Below, one piece after another: positions 39,696-49,800 of a stretch of DNA of 64,000 bases (positions are counted from its first letter, which is position 1; each line of letters starts with the position of its first letter). Made by a program: the position numbers and the translations under genes. A model generated the notes under the pieces. That model made no database searches and was not told where the DNA came from. It worked only from the letters and a program-made list of their open reading frames with translations. The DNA is from Vicinamibacteria bacterium (lineage in GTDB: Bacteria; Acidobacteriota; Vicinamibacteria; Marinacidobacterales; Marinacidobacteraceae): positions 960,001 to 1,024,000 of the forward strand of contig OZ219815.1 of the NCBI GenBank assembly GCA_964291235.2, given 5' to 3'.

Positions 39696-41140
39696 CCGCG
39701 GTTGTATTCGGCGTTTACCTCACCGCGATCTTCGCCATTGGGGTGGTGGCGCTGCGGCGCACCCGCACCGAGGGCGACTACTGGATCGCGGGGGGCAAAC
39801 TGGGATGGCTGCTGGGCGGCGCCACGCTCGCCGCCACCCACGCGAGCGCCGGCACCTACATCGGCACCGTCGGGGTCATCCATGCCGTGGGCTGGGAGTT
39901 CACCTGGCTCGTGCTCTTCATCCCCCTGAGCTACTGGTTCATGGCGGGGGTGTTGGGTCCGCGTTTCGCCCGCACCCGGGAGCTGACCCTGCCGGCTTTC
40001 ATCGAGCGGCGGTACTACAGCCGGCGGGCGCGGGCGCTCGCGGCCGTGGTGATCCTCATCGCGGCCACGGTGTACGTCCAGGCCCAGGTAATCGCCGGAG
40101 GTTTGATTGCCGAGACCGTGTTCGGGATTCCGGCGGTTTGGGGAATGGTGTTTTTCACCATCATCCTGCTCGCCTACACCGCGATTGGCGGCATGGTGGC
40201 CGTCGTTTACACCGATCTGGTGCAGCTGGCGGTCATGGTGATCGGCGCGCTGGTCGCGGTGCCCATGGTCTTTCGCCTGCTGGGCGGCCCCGGAGCCCTG
40301 TTCTCGGCTGTCGAGGCGCTCCGACCGGAGGCCTTCGAGTTCGGCTCCCTACCGGGGGTGCTGCTCTTCACGATGGGGATTTCCTTTCTGCTGGGAGGCA
40401 TCGCCACCCCCGAGAAACTCGTGCGCCTCTACGCGATGCGCGATCAACGGGAGATCCGGCGCGGCCTGTTCCTCGCCATGATCGTCGCCACCGGCGTGAA
40501 CCTGTTGGTGTTTCTGATCGCCCTCGGGGCCATGGGGCTCTTCCCCATCCTGCCGAGCGGAGACCTCGCGATGCCGCTGATCGCGTCGTACGCGGTGCCG
40601 CCCATCCTCGGCACCGTCCTGCTGGCGGCGGTGGTTTCGGCGATCATGTCCACCGTGGATTCGCTGCTGCTGGTAGCCGGATCGGCGCTATCCCACGACC
40701 TCCTCGGGGTATTGCGACCTGACGCCAGTCCGCGGGCGCGGATGCTGGCGGCGCGCCTTGGGATCCTGATTGTCGGGATCGCCCCGCTGGTGCTGATCCT
40801 GAGCGGGGTCGGGGAAGGCGAACTCGTCCAGTTCATCGTGCTGCTCTTCACCGCGATCATGGCAAGCGCCTTCTTCGTCCCCGTCGTCCTGGGCGTCCTC
40901 TGGCGGGGGCTCACCCGGGAAGGCGCCCTGGCCGCCATGGTGGGCGGGGTCGCGGCCGTCTTCGTCTGGCAGAGCGGGATGCTTCCGTGGCCGGGCTGGG
41001 GTCCGGAGTTCGTTCACTCCGCCGCACCCGGGGTGGTGGTGTCCCTGTTGCTCGGGGTCGTCGTCAGCCGGTTCACGGCGGCTCCCCCGGCATCCGCGCT
41101 CGCCCCGTATTTCCCGGCCGGGACGGGAGAGCCGCGGTGA
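39692..41140 (+). CDS. Sodium:solute symporter
   Basis: DYWIAGG, SAGTYIG, YTAIGGMVAVVYTD, SAIMSTVDS; many TM helices. Confidence 0.95.
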   Translation: MTAVVFGVYLTAIFAIGVVALRRTRTEGDYWIAGGKLGWLLGGATLAATHASAGTYIGTVGVIHAVGWEFTWLVLFIPLSYWFMAGVLGPRFARTRELTLPAFIERRYYSRRARALAAVVILIAATVYVQAQVIAGGLIAETVFGIPAVWGMVFFTIILLAYTAIGGMVAVVYTDLVQLAVMVIGALVAVPMVFRLLGGPGALFSAVEALRPEAFEFGSLPGVLLFTMGISFLLGGIATPEKLVRLYAMRDQREIRRGLFLAMIVATGVNLLVFLIALGAMGLFPILPSGDLAMPLIASYAVPPILGTVLLAAVVSAIMSTVDSLLLVAGSALSHDLLGVLRPDASPRARMLAARLGILIVGIAPLVLILSGVGEGELVQFIVLLFTAIMASAFFVPVVLGVLWRGLTREGALAAMVGGVAAVFVWQSGMLPWPGWGPEFVHSAAPGVVVSLLLGVVVSRFTAAPPASALAPYFPAGTGEPR

Positions 41141-41964
41141 GGCTCGCCGGCCGCCGGGTGCTCGTTACCGGCGGAGCGCAGGGAATGGGGCTGCTGATCG
41201 CGTGCGAAGCAGCGGCGCGGGGCGCCCACGTCGCCATCTGGGATCTCAACGAAGCGGCGTTGCCCGATGCCGCCGCCCGCATCGCCGCGGCTCGCCAGAG
41301 CGAGGGTCAGCTCGTGGTTTCAGGTGCCGTGGACGTGGGGGACGCGGAGGCGGTCTCCGGTGCGGCAGGGCGTCTGGCGACGTCGTTCGGCGAGGTGGAG
41401 GTGCTGGTCAACAACGCCGGAGTGGTCTCGGGAAAACCGCTTACGGAGCTTTCACCGGAGGAGGTGCAGCGCACACTGCGGGTGAACACCGCGGCGCTCT
41501 TCTGGACGGCCCGGGAGTTTGTCCCCCGTATGGTCGAAAAGAGCGCGGGCCACCTGGTGACGATGGCGTCGGCGGGCGGCCTCATCGGCGTGTCCGGGCT
41601 TTCTGACTACTGCGCGTCCAAGTTCGGGGCGGTCGGCTTCCACGAATCGCTCCGGGCGGAACTCCGGAGGACCGCGCCGGGGGTCGGAACCAGCCTGATC
41701 TGTCCGTTCTTCGTGGGCACCGGTATGTTCGCCGGCGTTCGCACCCGCTTTCCGTTCCTGCTCCCGATCCTGGCTCCCGAGACGGTGGCCGCCGCGGTGA
41801 TCCGCGCGGTCGAAAGGAACCGCGCCGTCGTAGTGCTCCCCTGGTTCGTCCATTCCCTGAAGCTGCTCCGGCTGCTGCCGGCCCGCTGGCTCGATCCGAT
41901 TGCGTCCTTCTTCGGGATCCATGCCGCCATGGACACCTTCGCCGGCCGTCCGGAGCCACGTTGA
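41137..41964 (+). CDS. Short-chain dehydrogenase/reductase (retinol dehydrogenase-like)
   Basis: TGGAQGMG, NNAG, YCASK. Confidence 0.9.
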   Translation: MRLAGRRVLVTGGAQGMGLLIACEAAARGAHVAIWDLNEAALPDAAARIAAARQSEGQLVVSGAVDVGDAEAVSGAAGRLATSFGEVEVLVNNAGVVSGKPLTELSPEEVQRTLRVNTAALFWTAREFVPRMVEKSAGHLVTMASAGGLIGVSGLSDYCASKFGAVGFHESLRAELRRTAPGVGTSLICPFFVGTGMFAGVRTRFPFLLPILAPETVAAAVIRAVERNRAVVVLPWFVHSLKLLRLLPARWLDPIASFFGIHAAMDTFAGRPEPR

Positions 41965-42030
41965 CGGAATGCCCGGGAGTCCGATGCGGCGGCTAGGATG
42001 AGCCCAACCGTCGTGGAGGAGCGATCTCGA

Positions 42031-42201
42031 ATGACCCAGCGGATCAAGATCGATCAGGGCGGACTGGGGTTCGGCTTCTGGACGATCGGATGGCTGTTCA
42101 CCATCGGCTTTGTGGACCTGAACTTCTGGCGTGGCCTTCTCGGTCTCCTGGTCTGGCCCTACTTTCTCGGGCTCCGCATCGCTGAACTGATCGGTTCCTG
42201 A
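42031..42201 (+). CDS. Small membrane protein
   Basis: GGAGG RBS; WTIGWLFTIGF...WPYFLG. Confidence 0.7.
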   Translation: MTQRIKIDQGGLGFGFWTIGWLFTIGFVDLNFWRGLLGLLVWPYFLGLRIAELIGS

Positions 42202-42234
42202 GCTTCCGGCGACCGGAGGATTCCGGCGGCTTAA

Positions 42235-42431
42235 CAGCCTGTGGTGAAACGCACGTGAGCACCGAGACGAGTGAGGCCCAGTTCTCCCGGTGGGGGTCCG
42301 GCTGACAAGGCGCGTGAGGGAGGAATACCGGGTGTATTCCGACCGAAACGCAACGATGAGCGCCTCGCAGAGGCGCGGTTCAGTCGGGATGGATCGCTCG
42401 TCGAATGCCGCGTGGGTTTTGCCACAGGCTG
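42235..42431. mobile_element. MITE copy 1 (197 bp), flanked by TTAA
   Basis: TIRs cagcctgtggtgaaac / gttttgccacaggctg; homologous to 49546-49796. Confidence 0.85.
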
Positions 42432-42462
42432 TTAACCCCGCTCAACGGCCCACGGGTCGTGT

Positions 42463-42897
42463 TCAGTGCGCGTGGGTTCCGCCGGTACAGTGGTCGAGAG
42501 TTTCCTTCATGATGGCGGCGTCCACCGGCATCTCTATCGTCTCGTCTTCGAATCTCAGCGCCAGGTCGCCGCCAGCGAGGAGGAAGTCCACGAACCATTC
42601 CTCCGGCTCGAACTGGAAGACCCCGGGGAAGGGCCGGTCCTCCGTCTTTTCGATGCTCCGGGTCTCCCCACCGTCGATCTGCACGTAGAGCGTCCGGGTC
42701 TGGCGCCCGGCCGGGCTGGAATCTTCATGGGGAACGTGCACCGTCAGGAGAATCTCGTCCGACTCCTCACTGCACTGGACCAGGACCCCCGTGTGGTCCC
42801 GGACGACGAATTCGGCTCCGTGCACTCCCATGTACTCGAAGCCCTTCCACTCCACGGCGTTCGGGAGCGCGAGGAACATCACTAGCAGGCTGGTCAT
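42463..42897 (-). CDS. Hypothetical exported protein
   Basis: GAAGG RBS, short hydrophobic N-terminus, two Cys. Confidence 0.6.
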   Translation of the reverse strand: MTSLLVMFLALPNAVEWKGFEYMGVHGAEFVVRDHTGVLVQCSEESDEILLTVHVPHEDSSPAGRQTRTLYVQIDGGETRSIEKTEDRPFPGVFQFEPEEWFVDFLLAGGDLALRFEDETIEMPVDAAIMKETLDHCTGGTHAH

Positions 42898-43073
42898 TGG
42901 ATCACCTTCCGTCGGCCTGTCCGGCGGATTGACGTCCCGGAAGATCCGGAACGGCAACTTGAGGAATCCGCCCCACCACCGGAGGCGTTCCGCCAGCCGA
43001 CGTCCTTGGGTCGGAGGATATCGGGCTTGAGCGCCGGCCGCGACCGCGAGGTGCGTAGAATCGGGGGCCCGTC

Positions 43074-45002
43074 ATGACCAACGTGATCGATACCTCCCGA
43101 ATGTCGGCTGGCAAGCGAGCGGCTTTCGAACTGACCGAGGCGGCGCGGGAGACGGGATGGCGTTACCCCACGTTCGCCGGAGGGCTCTTCCTCGGCCAGT
43201 TGTCTGCCGGGATCGTGCGGCCCTACCCGGACAGCGGGGTGGAGCCGGAAGGGGAGGCGTTCCTCAAGCGCCTCGAGGCGTACCTCCTCGATGCGGTGGA
43301 TGCTGACGAGATCGACAGGACGGGAGAGATCCCGGAGCAGGTGCTTCAGGATCTCGTGGCGATGGGCGCGTTCGGGATCAAGATCCCGAAGCGCTACGGC
43401 GGCCTCGGGTTGTCGCAGCGGACCTACACCCGATCCGCGATCCTGCTCGGCAGCCATTGCGGGAACCTCGCCTCCCTGATCTCCGCCCATCAATCCATCG
43501 GGATCGCGCAGCCGATCTTGATGTTCGGCACCGAGGACCAGAAGCAGGAATTCCTGCCCCAGGTGGCGGCCGGGGACATTTCGGCGTTTGCGTTGACGGA
43601 GAACACCGTCGGCTCGGACGCCGCCCGGATGCGGGCGCACGCGGAGCCGACGCCGGACGGCAAGCACTTCATCCTGAACGGCGAGAAACTCTGGTGCACG
43701 AACGGCACCAAGGCCCGTTGGCTGGTGGTCATGGCCCGTACTCCCGCCCAAGAGCCGGGAGGGCGGGCAGGAATCACCACGTTCATCGTGGATACGCGCT
43801 GGCCTGGCGTCGAAGTGGTCCGGCGTTGCCGGTTCATGGGGCTCAAGGCGCTCTACAACGGCGTCATGCGCTTTAGCGACGTGCGGATCCCCCGGGCCAA
43901 CGTGCTGGGGCCCGTGGGAAAGGGCCTGCGGGTCGCGCTCACCACCCTGAACACCGGCCGCCTCACGCTTCCCGGGATCTGCATCGGGACGGCCAAGCGG
44001 TCGCTCTACATCTCCCGGACCTGGGCGCGCGAGCGGGTGCAGTGGGGAGCCCCGATCGGAGAGCACGCGGCGATCGCCGACAAGATCGGACGCATGGCGG
44101 CGACCACCTTCGCCATGGATGCGATGTCCGACCTCACCTCTCTGCTCGTGGACATTGGAGGGGCGGACATCCGGATCGAAGCCGCGATCTCCAAGATGTA
44201 TGCGAGCGAGGCGGCGTGGCGGATCGCCGATGACACCGTCCAGGTGCTGGGAGGCCGCGGCTACGAGACCGCGGACTCGCTTGGCGCTCGCGGCGAACGG
44301 CCCTTCCCGGCCGAGCGGACGCTCCGCGACAACCGGATCAACACGATCTTCGAGGGATCGAGCGAGATCCTGCGCCTCTTCATCGCCCGCGAAGTGCTCG
44401 ACCCGCACCTGAGCCGGGCGGGCGCCGTGATGAACCCGTCGCTCCCGATCACGCAACGCGTCGCTGCGGCCTTCCGCGCGGGCCTGTTCTATGTCCCCTG
44501 GTACCTGAAGCAGTGGCTTCCGGCCGCGGCGCCGGCGGGCGGCGAACCCTGGGCGCGGCGCCACCTGCGTTTCGTGGCGCAGAGCAGCCGCCGGCTCGCC
44601 CGGAGTCTCTTCCACGCGATGCTGCGTCATGGGCCGGGGCTCGAGAAGCGTCAGATGCTCCTGTGGCGGTTCGTGGACTTCGGAGCGGAGCTCTATGCGC
44701 AGGTGGCGACGGTGGTGCGGGCGGAAGCGCTCCTTGCCCGGGGTTCGCGCCCCGAGGACGTATTGCCGCTGGTGGAGAACTTCTGCGCGGGCTCCCGCGG
44801 CCGGATTGACGAACTGAGGCGGGCCATCCGGCGGAATCAGGACGGGCAGACCTACGCACTCGCCCAGGACTTCCTGAAAGACGGCTTCCCCACGCTTCTC
44901 GACGGACGGGTTCCGAACCCCTATGACCCGCCGGCGCCGGCGGAATCCTTGCTGGAAACCCCGGCTGACGAGCCGGTCACCAGGTCTCCGGTCTCCGTTT
45001 GA
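43074..45002 (+). CDS. Acyl-CoA dehydrogenase (VLCAD-like)
   Basis: FALTE..GSDA, NGEKLWCTNG, LNTGR, GGRGYE, IFEGSSEI. Confidence 0.95.
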   Translation: MTNVIDTSRMSAGKRAAFELTEAARETGWRYPTFAGGLFLGQLSAGIVRPYPDSGVEPEGEAFLKRLEAYLLDAVDADEIDRTGEIPEQVLQDLVAMGAFGIKIPKRYGGLGLSQRTYTRSAILLGSHCGNLASLISAHQSIGIAQPILMFGTEDQKQEFLPQVAAGDISAFALTENTVGSDAARMRAHAEPTPDGKHFILNGEKLWCTNGTKARWLVVMARTPAQEPGGRAGITTFIVDTRWPGVEVVRRCRFMGLKALYNGVMRFSDVRIPRANVLGPVGKGLRVALTTLNTGRLTLPGICIGTAKRSLYISRTWARERVQWGAPIGEHAAIADKIGRMAATTFAMDAMSDLTSLLVDIGGADIRIEAAISKMYASEAAWRIADDTVQVLGGRGYETADSLGARGERPFPAERTLRDNRINTIFEGSSEILRLFIAREVLDPHLSRAGAVMNPSLPITQRVAAAFRAGLFYVPWYLKQWLPAAAPAGGEPWARRHLRFVAQSSRRLARSLFHAMLRHGPGLEKRQMLLWRFVDFGAELYAQVATVVRAEALLARGSRPEDVLPLVENFCAGSRGRIDELRRAIRRNQDGQTYALAQDFLKDGFPTLLDGRVPNPYDPPAPAESLLETPADEPVTRSPVSV

Positions 45003-45961
45003 GGGTCGGGCTCCTCTCGCTGCTGGCGGCGGCGCTGCTCACCGGCGCCTGCGACGCCGACCCTGGTCCGCGGGCCGTACCCCGGGCCGTCTGGCTGGAC
45101 GTGGATCCGGCCGTCATGCCCGGGGGGCACGAGCCCGACGACGGCGTCGCGATGGTCCAGGCGTTTCATTCGCCGGAACTGCGGGTGACGGGCGTCAGCG
45201 TGGTCTTCGGGAACGCCCCCGTCGAGCGCGGCTATCCGATTGCCCGGGAGATTGCGGCGCGCTTCGGACCGGCGGGTCTCGAGGTGCACCGGGGGAGCGC
45301 CGCACCGTCTCCGGATCCCACCCCCGCCTCCCGGGCCCTGATCGCGGCGCTTGAGGAAGAAGCGCAGACCATCCTGGCGCTGGGGCCGGCGACCAACGTC
45401 GCCGCCGCCCTTCGGGAACGGCCCGACCTGGCCGAGCGCATCGAGACGGTCATCCTGGTGATCGGCCGTCGTCCTGGAGAACCGCTGACTTTCCCGGGGG
45501 GCGGCCCCAACCTCCTCGACTTCAATTTCGAACTGGATCCGGCCGCCGCGGAGATGGTGCTGGAGAGCGGGGCCCCGATCGTCCTGGCGCCTTTCGAATT
45601 GGCGGCCAAGCTTCCTATCCCGGCCGAGGATTGGACCGGACTGTGGGACACCCCGTTCGGGGCGTTCTTTCGCGAGCCGATCGAGGACTATCTCGACTGG
45701 TTCGGCGAGAACTACGGCCGTCGCGCCACCTATCCGTTCGACTCGTTTGCCGTTTCCTTCCTGGTGGCGCCCGAGTTCCTGGATTGTGACCGGACCACGG
45801 TGGTCGTTCGGGACGGCCCCGCGGACGGCTATTCGGACACCACGGAGACGAAACCCTGGCTCGTGCGGGTTGATTCAGGCGGGGGGTGGCCCGTTACCTG
45901 GTGCCACACGCCGCTCCCGGAATTGAAGGGGGAACTCCTCCGGCGGCTGGCGGGCGCCTGA
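44999..45961 (+). CDS. Nucleoside hydrolase family lipoprotein
   Basis: LTGAC lipobox; DVDP...DDGVA, VFGN, LGPATN, DFNFELDP. Confidence 0.88.
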   Translation: MRVGLLSLLAAALLTGACDADPGPRAVPRAVWLDVDPAVMPGGHEPDDGVAMVQAFHSPELRVTGVSVVFGNAPVERGYPIAREIAARFGPAGLEVHRGSAAPSPDPTPASRALIAALEEEAQTILALGPATNVAAALRERPDLAERIETVILVIGRRPGEPLTFPGGGPNLLDFNFELDPAAAEMVLESGAPIVLAPFELAAKLPIPAEDWTGLWDTPFGAFFREPIEDYLDWFGENYGRRATYPFDSFAVSFLVAPEFLDCDRTTVVVRDGPADGYSDTTETKPWLVRVDSGGGWPVTWCHTPLPELKGELLRRLAGA

Positions 45962-46023
45962 GGGCGGCGAATCCCCCCGCCCGCCGTCCTTGGAGACTGC
46001 TAATCTTCCGCGTTCCGCTGGGA

Positions 46024-46100
46024 GCGCCTGTAGCTCAGTGGATTAGAGCGCTTGCCTCCGGAGCAAGAAGTCAGAGGTTCGAGTCCTCTCAGGCGTACCA
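46024..46100 (+). tRNA. tRNA-Arg(CCG)
   Basis: Anticodon arm cttgc-ctccgga-gcaag; CCA. Confidence 0.97.
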
Positions 46101-46118
46101 GCGTAGTCGTATCGGGTT

Positions 46119-46195
<77 letters not shown>

Positions 46196-46207
46196 CCCGA
46201 TGCGCCC

Positions 46208-47686
46208 ATGACCGACGCCGCGCCCTTCCGGGCTGCTCCCGAATCACGGTGGACCGGGTCCGCGTACCATCGTCGGGCGGCCGGACCATCGGAAACGGCC
46301 GTTCCCGTCGCCGCCTTGCAGGAAGTCCTCTCCGCCACCCGTTCCCCTGGTGATGCCGGCGAGGGCGGCGCCCGATCCGGCGGTGTTCCGGCGACCCGAG
46401 AAACGGGGGCGCTGCGGCGGATCCTGATTCGCTCCCCGGAAATCCGCATCAAGGGCAGGAACCGGCCTTCCTTCCGGGAAGCGCTCAAACGCAACCTGGG
46501 CCAGCGGCTCCGCGGCATCGGCCTGCGCTGGCGGGCGAGTTCCGCCGGCGACCGGGTGTGGCTCGAGGTTCCTCGTGAGGAAGTTGGGGATCTGGACCGG
46601 GCCCTCGAAGTGATCGCGACCGTCTTTGGTGTCGAACTGGCCCTCCCGGCGTTCGCGATCCTCCGTTCTCCGGACAAGGAGCCGCTGCCCGCGCCACTCC
46701 TGGTGGACCAGGTGACGGCGCTCTGCTGTGAACTGGCAGCGGAAGCTTGCGAGGGGTCCGGCAAGGGCTTTGCGCTGCGCGTGCGGCGCCGCGACCGGAA
46801 GTTCCCGATCCGCTCCCAGGTGGTTGCCGAGACGGTGGGGAGCGCCATCCTCGATCGCACCGCGTGGGACCGGGTTGACCTCTCGAACCCGGCCCTCACC
46901 ATCTTCATCGAGCCGCACGAGGAAGCTGTTTACGTCTGGACGCGACGCGTTCGGGGACCTGGCGGGCTTCCCGTCGGGATCGCGGGGCGCCTGGTCGGGA
47001 TGCTCTCCGGCGGCTTCGACTCCCCGGTGGCGGCCTGGATGATGGCCGGACGGGGAGCCGCTCTCGACTTCGTCCATCTGACCCCGTCCCGCCCCGACCC
47101 GTCCTCCCCCGCCGCCGACAAGGCCGCCGAACTGGTCCGGATCCTGTCGCGCTACACGGGGCGGTCGCGACTCGTACTGATCCCCTACACCCATTTCGAC
47201 CTGCGGCTCACCGGGAGCCGGACCGGCCACGAGGCGGTCCTGTTCCGGCGATTCGCCTTTCGCTGCGGCGAGGCGGTGGCCAGAAGGTTCGAGGCGGCGG
47301 CCCTGACCACCGGCGACAGCCTCTCGCAGGTCGCGTCGCAGACACTCGAGAACCTGATCAGCGTGGACGCCGCGGTGACCCTCCCCGTCCTCCGCCCCCT
47401 CGTCGGGTTCGACAAGGTCGCGATCATGGACCGGGCCGAGAAGATCGGCACCTGGAAGACCTCGGCGATCCCGGCGAAAGACTGCTGCGCGTTGATCGCG
47501 GGGTCGCCCCGCACCCGTTCCGAACCCGGGCGGATCGCCCGCCTCGAGGACCGGCTGTTTCCGGACCCTGCCGAAGTCGTCAGGCTGTCCCTCAAGGAAT
47601 CCGTCGTCGGCGCGTTTCAGGGCGGCGAGCAGATCGAGGCGTTTGCCCCGGCAGGCGACCGGTTCGTCCCGGCCGGCGGCGATTAA
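46208..47686 (+). CDS. thiI: tRNA 4-thiouridine synthase (no rhodanese domain)
   Basis: EIRIKGRNR, THUMP, GGLPVG, LSGGFDS, QVASQTLEN, RPLVGFDK, DCC; start uncertain. Confidence 0.92.
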   Translation: MTDAAPFRAAPESRWTGSAYHRRAAGPSETAVPVAALQEVLSATRSPGDAGEGGARSGGVPATRETGALRRILIRSPEIRIKGRNRPSFREALKRNLGQRLRGIGLRWRASSAGDRVWLEVPREEVGDLDRALEVIATVFGVELALPAFAILRSPDKEPLPAPLLVDQVTALCCELAAEACEGSGKGFALRVRRRDRKFPIRSQVVAETVGSAILDRTAWDRVDLSNPALTIFIEPHEEAVYVWTRRVRGPGGLPVGIAGRLVGMLSGGFDSPVAAWMMAGRGAALDFVHLTPSRPDPSSPAADKAAELVRILSRYTGRSRLVLIPYTHFDLRLTGSRTGHEAVLFRRFAFRCGEAVARRFEAAALTTGDSLSQVASQTLENLISVDAAVTLPVLRPLVGFDKVAIMDRAEKIGTWKTSAIPAKDCCALIAGSPRTRSEPGRIARLEDRLFPDPAEVVRLSLKESVVGAFQGGEQIEAFAPAGDRFVPAGGD

Positions 47687-47793
47687 GCGGCCTCGGGGGG
47701 CGTGCTCCCCGGTTCCGCTCGGCTTTGCACTCGCCGCAGCAGCCGCGTAGCATGAATTTTGCTTGCCTGAGGTTCCATAGCGAAGCGTCAACC

Positions 47794-48336
47794 ATGCCCG
47801 ATTCTTCGGCGCACTCGCGCCACCCGGCTCTTCTGCCTTCACTCGCGGCGGCACTGATCCTGGGAGCTGCATCCTCCATCGTCGCGGCGGCGGTCGAGGG
47901 CGTTGCGGACACCCCTGCGAAGCCGTATGCGGTGTTCGTTGCCTATCCTGGTGAGGTGGACGCCCAGCTCGGCGCGCATCTCCACAACGCCGCCGGCGCG
48001 CTGGGGACGGCGCTGGCCGATCGCCCGGAGTGGTTCCGGCTGACGGAATCGCGTGACGAGGCGAACATCCGGGTGACCGTCTTCGATGCGCAGGCCGCCA
48101 CCGGCGAGTTGCGGTTCGTGGGCGGCCCGGCCGGGTTCACTGCGAACCGCGTCTTCGCATCACGGGGACGCGACGTCTTTTCCTTCGACGCCATTGTGCG
48201 GGTAAACGGAAAGCGGAAGCAGGTGAACGGTTCGGGTACCGGAGCCACGGGAATGGACAGCCTCAAGGACGCCGCCGCCGACTTCGTCAGGAAGCTCGAG
48301 GAATTCACGGAAGAAAGCTACCCGGCTCCGCGCTGA
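47794..48336 (+). CDS. Secreted hypothetical protein, paralog 1
   Basis: Signal peptide; PYAVFV...WFRL.ES.DEANI.V...LKDAA..F...LEEF.EESY. Confidence 0.75.
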   Translation: MPDSSAHSRHPALLPSLAAALILGAASSIVAAAVEGVADTPAKPYAVFVAYPGEVDAQLGAHLHNAAGALGTALADRPEWFRLTESRDEANIRVTVFDAQAATGELRFVGGPAGFTANRVFASRGRDVFSFDAIVRVNGKRKQVNGSGTGATGMDSLKDAAADFVRKLEEFTEESYPAPR

Positions 48337-48338
48337 CG

Positions 48339-48902
48339 ATGTCGCGCCGCCAATTCGGTATCCGCACCCGGACCGCGCTTCTCGCGCTCTTCGCCCTGGC
48401 GGCGACGGTGGTCTTCGCGGGTGGGCAGGAAAAGGCGCCCCGGCGCCCGCCGGAGCCGTTTCGGGTCTTCGTGTACGCCATCGAAACGGCGGATGCCGGC
48501 CTCAAGGCGCAGCTCGACGAGGCGCTGCCGATGGTCCGGGAACGGGTAGCGGGGCGGCGGAAATGGTTCCAACTGGCCGCGTCCGCCGACGCGGCGGACA
48601 TCACGATCCGCATCGTCAGCTACCGGACTGGAGAGCTTCGGGATCACCCAAACCGGAGGACCGGTGGGATGATTCCGGGGATGTTGACTGCCGAGCCCTC
48701 CGACTGCCGGGAATACCATTTCGTTGATGCGGTCGTTCGCAGGGGAGGGGTGAGCACGCAGCTCTCCGGGCTCGACGCCGGCGCCATCGGGGGCGCCGGC
48801 CTGGGCAGAGCCGCCGGCCAGCTCGCAAAGGAGCTGGAGCGCTTCGCGAAGGACAACTACGGCGCCCTCAGCCAGCACCGCGCGCGGGCTCGGACGCAGT
48901 AA
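48339..48902 (+). CDS. Secreted hypothetical protein, paralog 2
   Basis: Signal peptide; APRRPPEPFRVFVYA...RRKWF...EYHFVDAV...GLD...LERFAKDNY. Confidence 0.8.
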   Translation: MSRRQFGIRTRTALLALFALAATVVFAGGQEKAPRRPPEPFRVFVYAIETADAGLKAQLDEALPMVRERVAGRRKWFQLAASADAADITIRIVSYRTGELRDHPNRRTGGMIPGMLTAEPSDCREYHFVDAVVRRGGVSTQLSGLDAGAIGGAGLGRAAGQLAKELERFAKDNYGALSQHRARARTQ

Positions 48903-49014
48903 GCCGCAAGCGGCGCGCCCACCCGGTGCCGCTGCATTCCGTCCACTGCCCGGCGTGCGATGATTCCCGGGCGAGCGGCCCTGGGTCCGGCTTTGCGCAC
49001 CACGGGGAGTCATC

Positions 49015-49539
49015 ATGACCATCCACCACATTCCGCGTCCGCGACCGGCGGCGCTCGTCGGGCTGCTGCTCCTGGCGGCGTTTGCCGCCGCGGAGCAAGC
49101 GCCCCGGCGCCCGCCCGAGCCCTTTGCCGTCTTCGTGTACGCGAGTGATCCGGAGGATGCGGACCTGAAGGAGGGGCTTGCCAAGGCGAGCGAGGAAATC
49201 CGGGACCGGGTCCGCGGACGGCGGAATTGGTTTCGCGTCGTCGATTCCGCTGAGGATGCGGCCATCACCCTGCGCGTCATCAACTACCGAACATCGCAGA
49301 TGATGCTTCCGAAACTCGAGAGACTGTTCATCAACGGCCGGGTCGAACTGGTCGAGCGCAGCGAGATCATCGAGTTCCACTACGTGGATGCGGTTGCGCT
49401 CGGCGGGTCGGCGCGAGGAAACCTGACCGGGCTGGACGAGCGCGAGAGCGGGCCCAGCCTGCGCAATGCCGCCAGCCACCTGGCCGAACAACTGGAGGAG
49501 TTTTGCAAGGACAACTACGCGGCTCTGACCAGCCAGTAG
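49015..49539 (+). CDS. Secreted hypothetical protein, paralog 3
   Basis: Signal peptide; APRRPPEPFAVFVYA...RRNWF...EFHYVDAV...GLD...LEEFCKDNY. Confidence 0.8.
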   Translation: MTIHHIPRPRPAALVGLLLLAAFAAAEQAPRRPPEPFAVFVYASDPEDADLKEGLAKASEEIRDRVRGRRNWFRVVDSAEDAAITLRVINYRTSQMMLPKLERLFINGRVELVERSEIIEFHYVDAVALGGSARGNLTGLDERESGPSLRNAASHLAEQLEEFCKDNYAALTSQ

Positions 49540-49545
49540 GCTCAA

Positions 49546-49796
49546 CAGCCTGTGGCAAAACCCACGCGGCCCAGTTCTCCCGGTGGGGGCTCGAGCGGCG
49601 ATCCGTCCCGGCTGAACCGCACCTCTCCGAGGCGCTCATCGTTGCGTTTCGGTCGAAATACACCCGGTATTCCTCCCTCACGCGCCGCCCCCACCGGGAG
49701 AACTGGGTCAGCCGGGCCCCCACCGGGAGAACTGGCCCCACCGGGAGAACTGGGCCTCACCGCTCTCTGCGCTCACGCGGGTTTCACCACAGGCTG
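49546..49796. mobile_element. MITE copy 2 (251 bp, inverted relative to copy 1) with internal amplification of ccccaccgggagaactgg
   Basis: Same TIRs and core as 42235-42431; three direct units at 49687-49754 and one inverted unit near 49570. Confidence 0.85.
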
Positions 49797-49800
49797 CTAA

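Noticed and set aside
42898-43070. Riboswitch in the intergenic region (ggcggatt/aatccgcc stem)
   Set aside because: No recognisable aptamer consensus; needs an Infernal search
49687-49754. CRISPR array
   Set aside because: Three 18-19-bp units with 0-9 nt between them inside a MITE; no spacers and no cas genes
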